Source of the DNA: Auanema rhodensis
Lineage: Eukaryota; Animalia; Nematoda
DNA: 64,000 bases
Assembly: GCA_964057225.1 (NCBI GenBank)
Contig: OZ059898.1
Coordinates: 18,042,001 to 18,106,000, forward strand
Direction of reading: 5' to 3'
In this document: piece by piece, positions 1 through 15,100 of the stretch
Numbering within the stretch: position 1 is the first letter of the stretch
Layout of the letters: every line of letters starts with the position of its first letter
The notes under the pieces: generated by a model
The model's input: the letters and a program-made list of their open reading frames with translations, nothing else
The model's database searches: none
Told to the model about the DNA's origin: nothing
Position numbers and translations under genes: made by a program

Positions 1-3000
1 CGGTTTTCAAAATTAGATTTCGCATGTCCATATTAGTCTAAAAACAAATTTTTATTGATATTGGTGCATGGCAACCATGACTTTAAAATTTACGTGTACT
101 TTAATTTATGCTAATTAAGTGTACACATGATGTGCACTTGGTATGTAACTCGCTTCACGTGAAAGATAAAGAGATGCGGTTTTCAAAATTAGATTCCTCA
201 TGTCCATATTAGTCTAAAAACAAATTTTTATTGATATTGGTGCATTGCAACCATGACTTTGAAATTTACGTGAACTTTAATTTATGCTAATTAAGTGTAC
301 ACATGATGTGCACTTGGTATGTAACTCGCTTCACGAGAAAGATAAAAAGATGCGGTTTTCAAATTTCGATTTCGCGTGTCCATATTAGTCTAAAAACAAA
401 TTTTTATTGATATTGGTGCATGGTAACCATGACTTTGAAATTTACGTGAACTTTAATTTATGCTAATTAAGTGTACACGTGATGTGCACTTGGTATGTAA
501 CTCGCTTCACGTGAAAGATAAAGAGATGCGGTTTTCAAAATTAGATTCCCCATGTCCATATTAGTCGAAAAACATATTTTTATTGATATTGGTGCATGGT
601 AACCATGACTTTGAAATTTACGTGAATTTTAATTTATGCTAATTAAGTGTACACATGATGTGCACTTGGTATGTAACTCGCTTCACGTGAAAGATAAAGA
701 GATGCGGTTTTCAAAATTAGATTTCGCATGTCCATATTAGTCTAAAAACAAATTTTTATTGATATTGGTGCATGGCAACCATGACTTTAAAATTTACGTG
801 TACTTTAATTTATGCTAATTAAGTGTACACATGATGTGCACTTGGTATGTAACTCGCTTCACGTGAAAGATAAAGAGATGCGGTTTTCAAAATTAGATTC
901 CTCATGTCCATATTAGTCTAAAAACAAATTTTTATTGATATTGGTGCATTGCAACCATGACTTTTAAATTTACGTGTACTTTAATTTATGCTAATTAAGT
1001 GTACACATGATGTGCACTTGGTATGTAACTCGCTTCACGTGAAAGATAAAGTGATGCGGTTTTCAAAATTAGATTCCGCATGTCCATATTAGTCTAAAAA
1101 CTAATTTTTATTGATATTGGTGCATGGTAACCATGACTTTGAAATTTACGTGAACTTTAATTTATGCTAATTAAGTGTACACGTGATGTGCACTTGGTAT
1201 GTAACTCGCTTCACGTGAAAGATAAAGAGATGCGGTTTTCAAAATTAGATTCCCCATGTCCATATTAGTCTAAAAACAAATTCTTATTGATATTGGTGCA
1301 TGGTAACCATGACTTTGAAATTTACGTGAACTTTAATTTATGCTAATTAAGTGTACACGTGATGTGCACTTGGTATGTAAGTCGCTTCACGTGAAAGATA
1401 AAGAGATGCGGTTTTCAAAATTAGATTCCCCATGTCCATATTAGTCCAAAAACAAATTTTTATTGATATTGGTGCATGGCAACCATGACTTTAAAATTTA
1501 CGTGTACTTTAATTTATGCTAATTAAGTGTACACATGATGTGCACTTGGTATGTAACTCGCTTCACGAGAAAGATAAAAAGGTGCGGTTTTCACATTTAG
1601 ATTTCGCGTGTCCATATTAGTCTAAAAACAAATTTTTATTGATATTGGTGCATGGTAACCATGACTTTGAAATTTACGTGAACTTTAATTTATGCTAATT
1701 AAGTGTACACGTGATGTGCACTTGGTATGTAACTCGCTTCACGTGAAAGATAAAGAGATGCGGTTTTCAAAATTAGATTCCCCATGTCCATATTAGTCCA
1801 AAAACAAATTTTTATTGATATTGGTGCATGGCAACCATGACTTTAAAATTTACGTGTACTTTAATTTATGCTAATTAAGTGTACACATGATGTGCACTTG
1901 GTATGTAACTCGCTTCACGAGAAAGATAAAGTGATGCGGTTTTCAAAATTAGATTCCGCATGTCCATATTAGTCTAAAAACAAATTTTTATTGATATTGG
2001 TGCATGGTAACCATGACTTTGAAATTTACGTGAACTTTAATTTATGCTAATTAAGTGTACACGTGATGTGCACTTGGTATGTAACTCGCTTCACGAGAAA
2101 GATAAAGTGATGCGGTTTTCAAAATTAGATTCCGCATGTCCATATTAGTCTAAAAACAAATTTTTATTGATATTGGTGCATGGTAACCATGACTTTGAAA
2201 TTTACGTGAACTTTAATTTATGCTAATTAAGTGTACACGTGATGTGCACTTGGTATGTAACTCGCTTCACGTGAAAGATAAAGAGATGCGGTTTTCAAAA
2301 TTAGATTCCGCATGTCCATATTAGTCTAAAAACAAATTTTTATTGATATTGGTGCATGGTAACCATGACTTTGAAATTTACGTGAACTTTAATTTATGCT
2401 AATTAAGTGTACACGTGATGTGCACTTGGAATGTAACTCGCTTCACGTGAAAGATAAAGAGATGCGGTTTTCAAATTTAGATTTCGCGTGTCCATATTAG
2501 TCTAAAAACAAATTTTTATTGATATTGGTGCATGGTAACCATGACTTTGAAATTTACGTGAACTTTAATTTATGCTAATTAAGTGTACACATGATGTGCA
2601 CTTGGTATGTAACTCGCTTCACGTGAAAGATAAAGAGATGCGGTTTTCAAAATTAGATTCCGCATGTCCATATTAGTCTAAAAACAAATTTTTATTGATA
2701 TTGGTGCATGGTAACCATGACTTTGAAATTTACGTGAACTTTAATTTATGCTAATTAAGTGTACACGTGATGTGCACTTGGTATGTAACTCGCTTCACGT
2801 GAAAGATAAAGAGATGCGGTTTTCAAAATTAGATTCCCCATGTCCATATTAGTCTAAAAACAAATTTTTATTGATATTGGTGCATGGCAACCATGACTTT
2901 AAAATTTACGTGTACTTTAATTTATGCTAATTAAGTGTACACATGATGTGCACTTGGTATGTAACTCGCTTCACGAGAAAGATAAAAAGGTGCGGTTTTC

Positions 3001-5679
3001 AAATTTAGATTTCGCGTGTCCATATTAGTCTAAAAACGAATTTTTATTGATATTGGTGCATGGTAACCATGACTTTGAAATTTACGTGAACTTTAATGTA
3101 TGCTAATTAAGTGTACACGTGATGTGCACTTGGTATGTAACTCGCTTCACGTCAAAGATAAAGAGATGCGGTTTTTAAAATTAGATTCCCCATGTCCATA
3201 TTAGTCTAAAAACAAATTTTTATTGATATTGGTGCATGGCAACCATGACTTTAAAATTTACGTGTACTTTAATTTATGCTAATTAAATGTACACGTGATG
3301 TGCACTTGGTATGTAACTCGCTTCACGTGAAAGATAAAGAGATGCGGTTTTCAAAATTAGATTCCCCATGTCCATATTAGTCTCAAAACAAATTTTTATT
3401 GATATTGGTTCATGGTAACCATGTCTTTGAAATTTACGTGAACTTTAATTTATGCTAATTAAATGTACACATGATGTGCACTTGGTATGTAACTCGCTTC
3501 ACGTCAAAGATAAACAGATGCGGTTTTCGAAATTAGATTCCCCATGTCCATATTAGTCTAAAAACAAATTTTTATTGATATTGGTGCATGGTAACCATGA
3601 CTTTGAAATTTACGTGAACTTTAATGTATGCTAATTAAGTGTACACGTGATGTGCACTTGGTATGTAACTCGCTTCACGTCAAAGATAAAGAGATGCGGT
3701 TTTCAAAATTAGATTCCCCATGTCCATATTAGTCTAAAAACAAATTTTTATTAATATTGGTGCATGGTAACCATGACTTTGAAATTTACGTGAACTTTAA
3801 TTTATGCTTATTAAGTGTACACGTGATGTGCACTTGGTATGTAACTCGCTTCACGTGAAAGATAAAGGGATGCGGTTTTCAAAATTAGATTCCCCATGTC
3901 CATATTAGTCTAAAAACAAATTATTATTGATATTGGTGCATGGTAACCATGACTTTAAAATCAACGTGAACTTTAATTTATGCTAATTAAGTGTACACAT
4001 GATGTGCACTTGGTATGTAACTCGCTTCACGTGAAAGATAAAGTGATGCGGTTTTCAAAATTAGATTCCGCATGTCCATATTAGTCTAAAAACAAATTTT
4101 TATTGATATTGGTGCATGGCAACCATGACTTTAAAATTTACGTGTACTTTAATTTATGCTAATTAAGTGTACACATGATGTGCACTTGGTATGTAACTCG
4201 CTTCACGTCAAAGATAAAGAGATGGGGTTTTCAAAATTAGATTCCCCATGTCCATATTAGTCTAAAAACAAATTTTTATTAATATTGGTGCATGGTAACC
4301 ATGACTTTGAAATTTACGTGAACTTTAATTTATGCTTATTAAGTGTACACGTGATGTGCACTTGGTATGTAACTCGCTTCACGTGAAAGATAAATGGATG
4401 CGGTTTTCAAAATTAGATTCCCCATGCCCATATTAGTCTAAAAACAAATTTTTATTGATATTGGTGCATGGCAACCATGACTTTAAAATTTACGTGTACT
4501 TTAATTTATGCTAATTAAGTGTACACATGATGTGCACTTGGTATGTAACTCGCTTCACGTCAAAGATAAAGAGATGCGGTTTTCAAAATTAGATTCCCCA
4601 TGTCCATATTAGTCTAAAAACAAATTTTTATTAATATTGGTGCATGGTAACCATGACTTTGAAATTTACGTGAACTTTAATTTATGCTTATTAAGTGTAC
4701 ACGTGATGTGCACTTGGTATGTAACTCGCTTCACGTGAAAGATAAAGGGATGCGATTTTCAAAATTAGATTCCCCATGTCCATATTAGTCTAAAAACAAA
4801 TTATTATTGATATTGGTGCATGGTAACCATGACTTTAAAATCAACGTGAACTTTAATTTATGCTAATTAAGTGTACACATGATGTGCACTTGGTATGTAA
4901 CTCGCTTCACGTCAAAGATAAACAGATGCGGTTTTCAAAATTAGATTCCCCATGTCCATATTAGTCTAAAAACAAATTTTTATTGATATTGGTGCATGGT
5001 AACCATGACTTTGAAATTTACGTGAACTTTAATTTATGCTAATTAAGTGTACACATGATGTGCACTTGGTATGTAACTCGCTTCACGTGAAAGATAAAGA
5101 GATGCGGTTTTCAAAATTAGATTCCGCATGTCCATATTAGTCTAAAAACAAATTTTTATTGATATTGGTGCATGGTAACCATGACTTTGAAATTTACGTG
5201 AACTTTAATTTATGCTAATTAAGTGTACACGTGATGTGCACTTGGTATGTAACTCGCTTCACGTGAAAGATAAAGAGATGCGGTTTTCAAAATTAGATTC
5301 CCCATGTCCATATTAGTCTAAAAACAAATTTTTATTGATATTGGTGCATGGTAACCATGACTTTGAAATTTACGTGAACTTTAATTTATGCTAATTAAGT
5401 GTACACATGATGTGCACTTGGTATGTAACTCGCTTCACGTCAAAGATAAACAGATGCGGTTTTCAAAATTAGATTCCCCATGTCCATATTAGTCTAAAAA
5501 CAAATTTTTATTGATATTGGTGCATGGTAACCATGACTTTGAAATTTACGTGAACTTTAATTTATGCTAATTAAGTGTACACATGATGTGCACTTGGTAT
5601 GTAACTCGCTTCACGTGAAAGATAAAGAGATGCGGTTTTCAAAATTAGATTCCGCATGTCCATATTAGTCTGAAAACAA

Positions 5680-8600
5680 ATTTTTATTGATATTGGTGCA
5701 TGGTAACCATGACTTTGAAATTTACGTGAACTTTAATTTATGCTAATTAAGTGTACACGTGATGTGCACTTGGTATGTAACTCGCTTCACGTGAAAGATA
5801 AAGAGATGCGGTTTTCAAAATTAGATTCCGCATGTCCATATTAGTCTAAAAACAAATTTTTATTGATATTGGTGCATGGTAACCATGACTTTGAAATTTA
5901 CGTGAACTTTAATTTATGCTAATTAAGTGTACACGTGATGTGCACTTGGTATGTAACTCGCTTCACGTGAAAGATAAAGAGATGCGGTTTTCAAAATTAG
6001 ATTCCCCATGTCCATATTAGTCTAAAAACAAATTTTTATTGATATTGGTGCATGGCAACCATGACTTTAAAATTTACGTGTACTTTAATTTATGCTAATT
6101 AAGTGTACACGTGATGTGCACTTGGTATGTAACTCGCTTCACGTGAAAGATAAAGAGATGCGGTTTTCAAAATTAGATTCCCCATGTCCATATTAGTCTA
6201 AAAACAAATTTTTATTGATATTGGTGCATGGCAACCATGACTTTAAAATTTACGTGAACTTTAATTTATGCTAATTAAGTGTACACGTGATGTGCACTTG
6301 GTATGTAACTCGCTTCACGTGAAAGATAAAGAGATGCGGTTTTCAAAATTAGATTCCGCATGTCCATATAAGTCTAAAAACAAATTTTTATTGATATTGG
6401 TGCATGGTAACCATGACTTTGAAATTTACGTGAACTTTAATTTATGCTAATTAAGTGTACACGTGATGTGCACTTGGAATGTAACTCGCTTCACGTGAAA
6501 GATAAAGAGATGCGGTTTTCAAAATTAGATTCCCCATGTCCATATTAGTCTAAAAACAAATTTTTATTGATATTGGTGCATGGCAACCATGACTTTAAAA
6601 TTTACGTGTACTTTAATTTATGCTAATTAAGTGTACACATGATGTGCACTTGGTATGTAACTCGCTTCACGTCAAAGATAAAGAGATGGGGTTTTCAAAA
6701 TTAGATTCCCCATGTCCATATTAGTCTAAAAACAAATTTTTATTAATATTGGTGCATGGTAACCATGACTTTGAAATTTACGTGAACTTTAATTTATGCT
6801 TATTAAGTGTACACGTGATGTGCACTTGGTATGTAACTCGCTTCACGTGAAAGATAAATGGATGCGGTTTTCAAAATTAGATTCCCCATGCCCATATTAG
6901 TCTAAAAACAAATTTTTATTGATATTGGTGCATGGCAACCATGACTTTAAAATTTACGTGTACTTTAATTTATGCTAATTAAGTGTACACATGATGTGCA
7001 CTTGGTATGTAACTCGCTTCACGTCAAAGATAAAGAGATGCGGTTTTCAAAATTAGATTCCCCATGTCCATATTAGTCTAAAAACAAATTTTTATTAATA
7101 TTGGTGCATGGTAACCATGACTTTGAAATTTACGTGAACTTTAATTTATGCTTATTAAGTGTACACGTGATGTGCACTTGGTATGTAACTCGCTTCACGT
7201 GAAAGATAAAGGGATGCGGTTTTCAAAATTAGATTCCCCATGTCCATATTAGTCTAAAAACAAATTTTTATTGATATTGGTGCATGGCAACCATGACTTT
7301 AAAATTTACGTGTACTTTAATTTATGCTAATTAAGTGTACACATGATGTGCACTTGGTATGTAACTCGCTTCACGTCAAAGATAAACAGATGCGGTTTTC
7401 AAAATTAGATTCCCCATGTCCATATTAGTCTAAAAACAAATTTTTATTGATATTGGTGCATGGTAACCATGACTTTGAAATTTACGTGAACTTTAATTTA
7501 TGCTAATTAAGTGTACACATGATGTGCACTTGGTATGTAACTCGCTTCACGTGAAAGATAAAGAGATGCGGTTTTCAAAATTAGATTCCGCATGTCCATA
7601 TTAGTCTAAAAACAAATTTTTATTGATATTGGTGCATGGTAACCATGACTTTGAAATTCACGTGAACTTTAATTTATGCTAATTAAGTGTACACATGATG
7701 TGCACTTGGTATGTAACTCGCTTCACGTGAAAGATAAAGAGATGCGGTTTTCAAAATTAGATTCCGCATGTCCATATTAGTCTAAAAACAAATTTTTATT
7801 GATATTGGTGCATGGCAACCATGACTTTAAAATTTACGTGTACTTTAATTTATGCTAATTAAGTGTACACATGATGTGCACTTGGTATGTAACTCGCTTC
7901 ACGTCAAAGATAAACAGATGCGGTTTTCAAAATTAGATTCCCCATGTCCATATTAGTCTAAAAACAAATTTTTATTGATATTGGTGCATGGTAACCATGA
8001 CTTTGAAATTTACGTGAACTTTAATTTATGCTAATTAAGTGTACACATGATGTGCACTTGGTATGTAACTCGCTTCACGTGAAAGATAAAGAGATGCGGT
8101 TTTCAAAATTAGATTCCGCATGTCCATATTAGTCTAAAAACAAATTTTTATTGATATTGGTGCATGGTAACCATGACTTTGAAATTCACGTGAACTTTAA
8201 TTTATGCTAATTAAGTGTACACGTGATGTGCACTTGGTATGTAACTCGCTTCACGTGAAAGAAAAAGAGATGCGGTTTTCAAAATTAGATTCCCCATGTC
8301 CATATTAGTCTAAAAACAAATTTTTATTGATATTGGTGCATGGCAACCATGACTTTAAAATTTACGTGTACTTTAATTTATGCTAATTAAGTGTACACAT
8401 GATGTGCACTTGGTATGTAACTCGCTTCACGTGAAAGATAAAGAGATGCGGTTTTCAAAATTAGATTCCCCATGTCCATATTAGTCTAAAAACAAATTTT
8501 TATTGATATTGGTGCATGGCAACCATGACTTTAAAATTTACGTGTACTTTAATTTATGCTAATTAAGTGTACACATGATGTGCACTTGGTATGTAACTCG

Positions 8601-11600
8601 CTTCACGTCAAAGATAAAGAGATGGGGTTTTCAAAATTAGATTCCGCATGTCCATATTAGTCTAAAAACAAATTTTTATTGATATTGGTGCATGGTAACC
8701 ATGACTTTGAAATTTACGTGTACTTTAATTTATGCTAATTAAGTGTACACGTGATGTGCACTTGGTATGTAACTCGCTTCACGTGAAAGATAAAGAGATG
8801 CGGTTTTCAAAATTAGATTCCCCATGTCCATATTAGTCTAAAAACAAATTTTTATTGATATTGGTGCATGGCAACCATGACTTTAAAATTTACGTGTACT
8901 TTAATTTATGCTAATTAAGTGTACACATGATGTGCACTTGGTATGTAACTCGCTTCACGTCAAAGATAAAGAGATGCGGTTTTCAAAATTAGATTCCCCA
9001 TGTCCATATTAGTCTAAAAACAAATTTTTATTGATATTGGTGCATGGCAACCATGACTTTGAAATTTACGTGAACTTTAATTTATGCTAATTAAGTGTAC
9101 ACGTGATGTGCACTTGGTATGTAACTCGCTTCACGTGAAAGATAAAGAGATGCGGTTTTCAAAATTAGATTCCGCATGTCCATATTAGTCTAAAAACAAA
9201 TTTTTATTGATATTGGTGCATGGTAACCATGACTTTGAAATTTACGTGAACTTTAATTTATGCTAATTAAGTGTACACGTGATGTGCACTTGGTATGTAA
9301 CTCGCTTCACGTGAAAGATAAAGAGATGCGGTTTTCAAAATTAGATTCCGCATGTCCATATTAGTCTAAAAACAAATTTTTATTGATATTGGTGCATGGT
9401 AACCATGACTTTGAAATTTACGTGAACTTTAATTTATGCTAATTAAGTGTACACGTGATGTGCACTTGGTATGTAACTCGCTTCACGTGAAAGATAAAGA
9501 GATGCGGTTTTCAAAATTAGATTTCCCATGTCCATATTAGTCTAAAAACAAATTTTTATTGATATTGGTGCATGGCAACCATGACTTTAAAATTTACGTG
9601 TACTTTAATTTATGCTAATTAAGTGTACACGTGATGTGCACTTGGTATGTAACTCGCTTCACGTGAAAGATAAAGAGATGCGGTTTTCAAAATTAGATTC
9701 CCCATGTCCATATTAGTCTAAAAACAAATTTTTATTGATATTGGTGCATGGCAACCATGACTTTAAAATTTACGTGAACTTTAATTTATGCTAATTAAGT
9801 GTACACGTGATGTGCACTTGGTATGTAACTCGCTTCACGTGAAAGATAAAGAGATGCGGTTTTCAAAATTAGATTCCGCATGTCCATATAAGTCTAAAAA
9901 CAAATTTTTATTGATATTGGTGCATGGTAACCATGACTTTGAAATTTACGTGAACTTTAATTTATGCTAATTAAGTGTACACGTGATGTGCACTTGGAAT
10001 GTAACTCGCTTCACGTGAAAGATAAAGAGATGCGGTTTTCAAAATTAGATTCCCCATGTCCATATTAGTCTAAAAACAAATTTTTATTGATATTGGTGCA
10101 TGGCAACCATGACTTTAAAATTTACGTGTACTTTAATTTATGCTAATTAAGTGTACACATGATGTGCACTTGGTATGTAACTCGCTTCACGTCAAAGATA
10201 AAGAGATGGGGTTTTCAAAATTAGATTCCCCATGTCCATATTAGTCTAAAAACAAATTTTTATTAATATTGGTGCATGGTAACCATGACTTTGAAATTTA
10301 CGTGAACTTTAATTTATGCTTATTAAGTGTACACGTGATGTGCACTTGGTATGTAACTCGCTTCACGTGAAAGATAAATGGATGCGGTTTTCAAAATTAG
10401 ATTCCCCATGCCCATATTAGTCTAAAAACAAATTTTTATTGATATTGGTGCATGGCAACCATGACTTTAAAATTTACGTGTACTTTAATTTATGCTAATT
10501 AAGTGTACACATGATGTGCACTTGGTATGTAACTCGCTTCACGTCAAAGATAAAGAGATGCGGTTTTCAAAATTAGATTCCCCATGTCCATATTAGTCTA
10601 AAAACAAATTTTTATTAATATTGGTGCATGGTAACCATGACTTTGAAATTTACGTGAACTTTAATTTATGCTTATTAAGTGTACACGTGATGTGCACTTG
10701 GTATGTAACTCGCTTCACGTGAAAGATAAAGGGATGCGGTTTTCAAAATTAGATTCCCCATGTCCATATTAGTCTAAAAACAAATTTTTATTGATATTGG
10801 TGCATGGCAACCATGACTTTAAAATTTACGTGTACTTTAATTTATGCTAATTAAGTGTACACATGATGTGCACTTGGTATGTAACTCGCTTCACGTCAAA
10901 GATAAACAGATGCGGTTTTCAAAATTAGATTCCCCATGTCCATATTAGTCTAAAAACAAATTTTTATTGATATTGGTGCATGGTAACCATGACTTTGAAA
11001 TTTACGTGAACTTTAATTTATGCTAATTAAGTGTACACATGATGTGCACTTGGTATGTAACTCGCTTCACGTGAAAGATAAAGAGATGCGGTTTTCAAAA
11101 TTAGATTCCGCATGTCCATATTAGTCTAAAAACAAATTTTTATTGATATTGGTGCATGGTAACCATGACTTTGAAATTCACGTGAACTTTAATTTATGCT
11201 AATTAAGTGTACACGTGATGTGCACTTGGTATGTAACTCGCTTCACGTGAAAGAAAAAGAGATGCGGTTTTCAAAATTAGATTCCCCATGTCCATATTAG
11301 TCTAAAAACAAATTTTTATTGATATTGGTGCATGGCAACCATGACTTTAAAATTTACGTGTACTTTAATTTATGCTAATTAAGTGTACACATGATGTGCA
11401 CTTGGTATGTAACTCGCTTCACGTCAAAGATAAACAGATGCGGTTTTCAAAATTAGATTCCCCATGTCCATATTAGTCTAAAAACAAATTTTTATTGATA
11501 TTGGTGCATGGTAACCATGACTTTGAAATTTACGTGAACTTTAATTTATGCTAATTAAGTGTACACATGATGTGCACTTGGTATGTAACTCGCTTCACGT

Positions 11601-12160
11601 GAAAGATAAAGAGATGCGGTTTTCAAAATTAGATTCCGCATGTCCATATTAGTCTAAAAACAAATTTTTATTGATATTGGTGCATGGTAACCATGACTTT
11701 GAAATTCACGTGAACTTTAATTTATGCTAATTAAGTGTACACGTGATGTGCACTTGGTATGTAACTCGCTTCACGTGAAAGAAAAAGAGATGCGGTTTTC
11801 AAAATTAGATTCCCCATGTCCATATTAGTCTAAAAACAAATTTTTATTGATATTGGTGCATGGCAACCATGACTTTAAAATTTACGTGTACTTTAATTTA
11901 TGCTAATTAAGTGTACACATGATGTGCACTTGGTATGTAACTCGCTTCACGTGAAAGATAAAGAGATGCGGTTTTCAAAATTAGATTCCCCATGTCCATA
12001 TTAGTCTAAAAACAAATTTTTATTGATATTGGTGCATGGCAACCATGACTTTAAAATTTACGTGTACTTTAATTTATGCTAATTAAGTGTACACATGATG
12101 TGCACTTGGTATGTAACTCGCTTCACGTCAAAGATAAAGAGATGGGGTTTTCAAAATTAG
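5680..12160. repeat. Near-identical block duplication in array A, offset 3520 bp (20 monomers): ~5680-8640 and ~9200-12160
   Basis: Private variants recur exactly 3520 bp apart: CATATAAGTC at 6370/9890, GAAATTCACG at 7659/11179 and 8187/11707, and GAAAAAGAGA at 8263/11783. Boundaries are approximate. Confidence 0.9.
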
Positions 12161-15100
12161 ATTCCCCATGTCCATATTAGTCTAAAAACAAATTTTTATT
12201 AATATTGGTGCATGGTAACCATGACTTTGAAATTTACGTGAACTTTAATTTATGCTTATTAAGTGTACACGTGATGTGCACTTGGTATGTAACTCGCTTC
12301 ACGTGAAAGATAAATGGATGCGGTTTTCAAAATTAGATTCCCCATGCCCATATTAGTCTAAAAACAAATTTTTATTGATATTGGTGCATGGCAACCATGA
12401 CTTTAAAATTTACGTGTACTTTAATTTATGCTAATTAAGTGTACACATGATGTGCACTTGGTATGTAACTCGCTTCACGTCAAAGATAAAGAGATGCGGT
12501 TTTCAAAATTAGATTCCCCATGTCCATATTAGTCTAAAAACAAATTTTTATTAATATTGGTGCATGGTAACCATGACTTTGAAATTTACGTGAACTTTAA
12601 TTTATGCTTATTAAGTGTACACGTGATGTGCACTTGGTATGTAACTCGCTTCACGTGAAAGATAAAGGGATGCGATTTTCAAAATTAGATTCCCCATGTC
12701 CATATTAGTCTAAAAACAAATTATTATTGATATTGGTGCATGGTAACCATGACTTTAAAATCAACGTGAACTTTAATTTATGCTAATTAAGTGTACACAT
12801 GATGTGCACTTGGTATGTAACTCGTTTCACGTCAAAGATAAACAGATGCGGTTTTCAAAATTAGATTCCCCATGTCCATATTAGTCTAAAAACAAATTTT
12901 TATTGATATTGGTGCATGGTAACCATGACTTTGAAATTTACGTGAACTTTAATTTATGCTAATTAAGTGTACACATGATGTGCACTTGGTATGTAACTCG
13001 CTTCACGTGAAAGATAAAGAGATGCGGTTTTCAAAATTAGATTCCGCATGTCCATATTAGTCTAAAAACAAATTTTTATTGATATTGGTGCATGGTAACC
13101 ATGACTTTGAAATTTACGTGAACTTTAATTTATGCTAATTAAGTGTACACGTGATGTGCACTTGGTATGTAACTCGCTTCACGTGAAAGATAAAGAGATG
13201 CGGTTTTCAAAATTAGATTCCCCATGTCCATATTAGTCTAAAAACAAATTTTTATTGATATTGGTGCATGGCAACCATGACTTTAAAATTTACGTGTACT
13301 TTAATTTATGCTAATTAAGTGTACACATGATGTGCACTTGGTATGTAACTCGCTTCACGTGAAAGATAAAGAGATGCGGTTTTCAAAATTAGATTCCTCA
13401 TGTTCATATTAGTCTAAAAACGAATTTTTATTGATATTGATGCATGGTAACCATGACTTTAAAATTTACGTGTACTTTAATTTATGCTAATTAAGTGTAC
13501 ACATGATGTGCACTTGGTATGTAACTCGCTTCACGTGAAAGATAAAGAGATGCGGTTTTCAAAATTAGATTCCTCATGTTCATATTAGTCTAAAAACGAA
13601 TTTTTATTGATATTGATGCATGGTAACCATGACTTTAAAATTTACGTGAACTTTAATTTATGCTAATTAAGTGTACACGTGATGTGCACTTGGTATGTAA
13701 CTCGCTTCACGTGAAAGATAAAGAGATGCGGTTTTCAAAATTAGATTCCGCATGTCCATATTAGTCTAAAAACAAATTTTTATTGATATTGGTGCATGGT
13801 AACCATGACTTTGAAATTTACGTGAACTTTAATTTATGCTAATTAAGTGTACACGTGATGTGCACTTGGAATGTAACTCGCTTCACGTGAAAGATAAAGA
13901 GATGCGGTTTTCAAAATTAGATTCCCCATGTCCATATTAGTCTAAAAACAAATTTTTATTAATATTGGTGCATGGTAACCATGACTTTGAAATTTACGTG
14001 AACTTTAATTTATGCTTATTAAGTGTACACGTGATGTGCACTTGGTATGTAACTCGCTTCACGTGAAAGATAAATGGATGCGGTTTTCAAAATTAGATTC
14101 CCCATGCCCATATTAGTCTAAAAACAAATTTTTATTGATATTGGTGCATGGCAACCATGACTTTAAAATTTACGTGTACTTTAATTTATGCTAATTAAGT
14201 GTACACATGATGTGCACTTGGTATGTAACTCGCTTCACGTCAAAGATAAAGAGATGCGGTTTTCAAAATTAGATTCCCCATGTCCATATTAGTCTAAAAA
14301 CAAATTTTTATCAATATTGGTGCATGGTAACCATGACTTTGAAATTTACGTGAACTTTAATTTATGCTTATTAAGTGTACACGTGATGTGCACTTGGTAT
14401 GTAACTCGCTTCACGTGAAAGATAAAGGGATGCGATTTTCAAAATTAGATTCCCCATGTCCATATTAGTCTAAAAACAAATTATTATTGATATTGGTGCA
14501 TGGTAACCATGACTTTAAAATCAACGTGAACTTTAATTTATGCTAATTAAGTGTACACATGATGTGCACTTGGTATGTAACTCGTTTCACGTCAAAGATA
14601 AACAGATGCGGTTTTCAAAATTAGATTCCCCATGTCCATATTAGTCTAAAAACAAATTTTTATTGATATTGGTGCATGGTAACCATGACTTTGAAATTTA
14701 CGTGAACTTTAATTTATGCTAATTAAGTGTACACATGATGTGCACTTGGTATGTAACTCGCTTCACGTGAAAGATAAAGAGATGCGGTTTTCAAAATTAG
14801 ATTCCGCATGTCCATATTAGTCTAAAAACAAATTTTTATTGATATTGGTGCATGGTAACCATGACTTTGAAATTTACGTGAACTTTAATTTATGCTAATT
14901 AAGTGTACACGTGATGTGCACTTGGTATGTAACTCGCTTCACGTGAAAGATGAAGAGATGCGGTTTTCAAAATTAGATTCCCCATGTCCATATTAGTCTA
15001 AAAACAAATTTTTATTGATATTGGTGCATGGCAACCATGACTTTAAAATTTACGTGTACTTTAATTTATGCTAATTAAGTGTACACATGATGTGCACTTG

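Noticed and set aside
6268-6450. 60-aa ORF (MLIKCTRDVH...)
   Set aside because: It is about one satellite monomer read through because a T>A SNP at 6370 turns TAG into AAG. It has no recognisable domain, and all monomers lacking this SNP keep the stop.
9788-9970. Second identical 60-aa ORF
   Set aside because: The same SNP is carried within the 3520-bp (20-monomer) duplication, so it is not independent evidence of coding.
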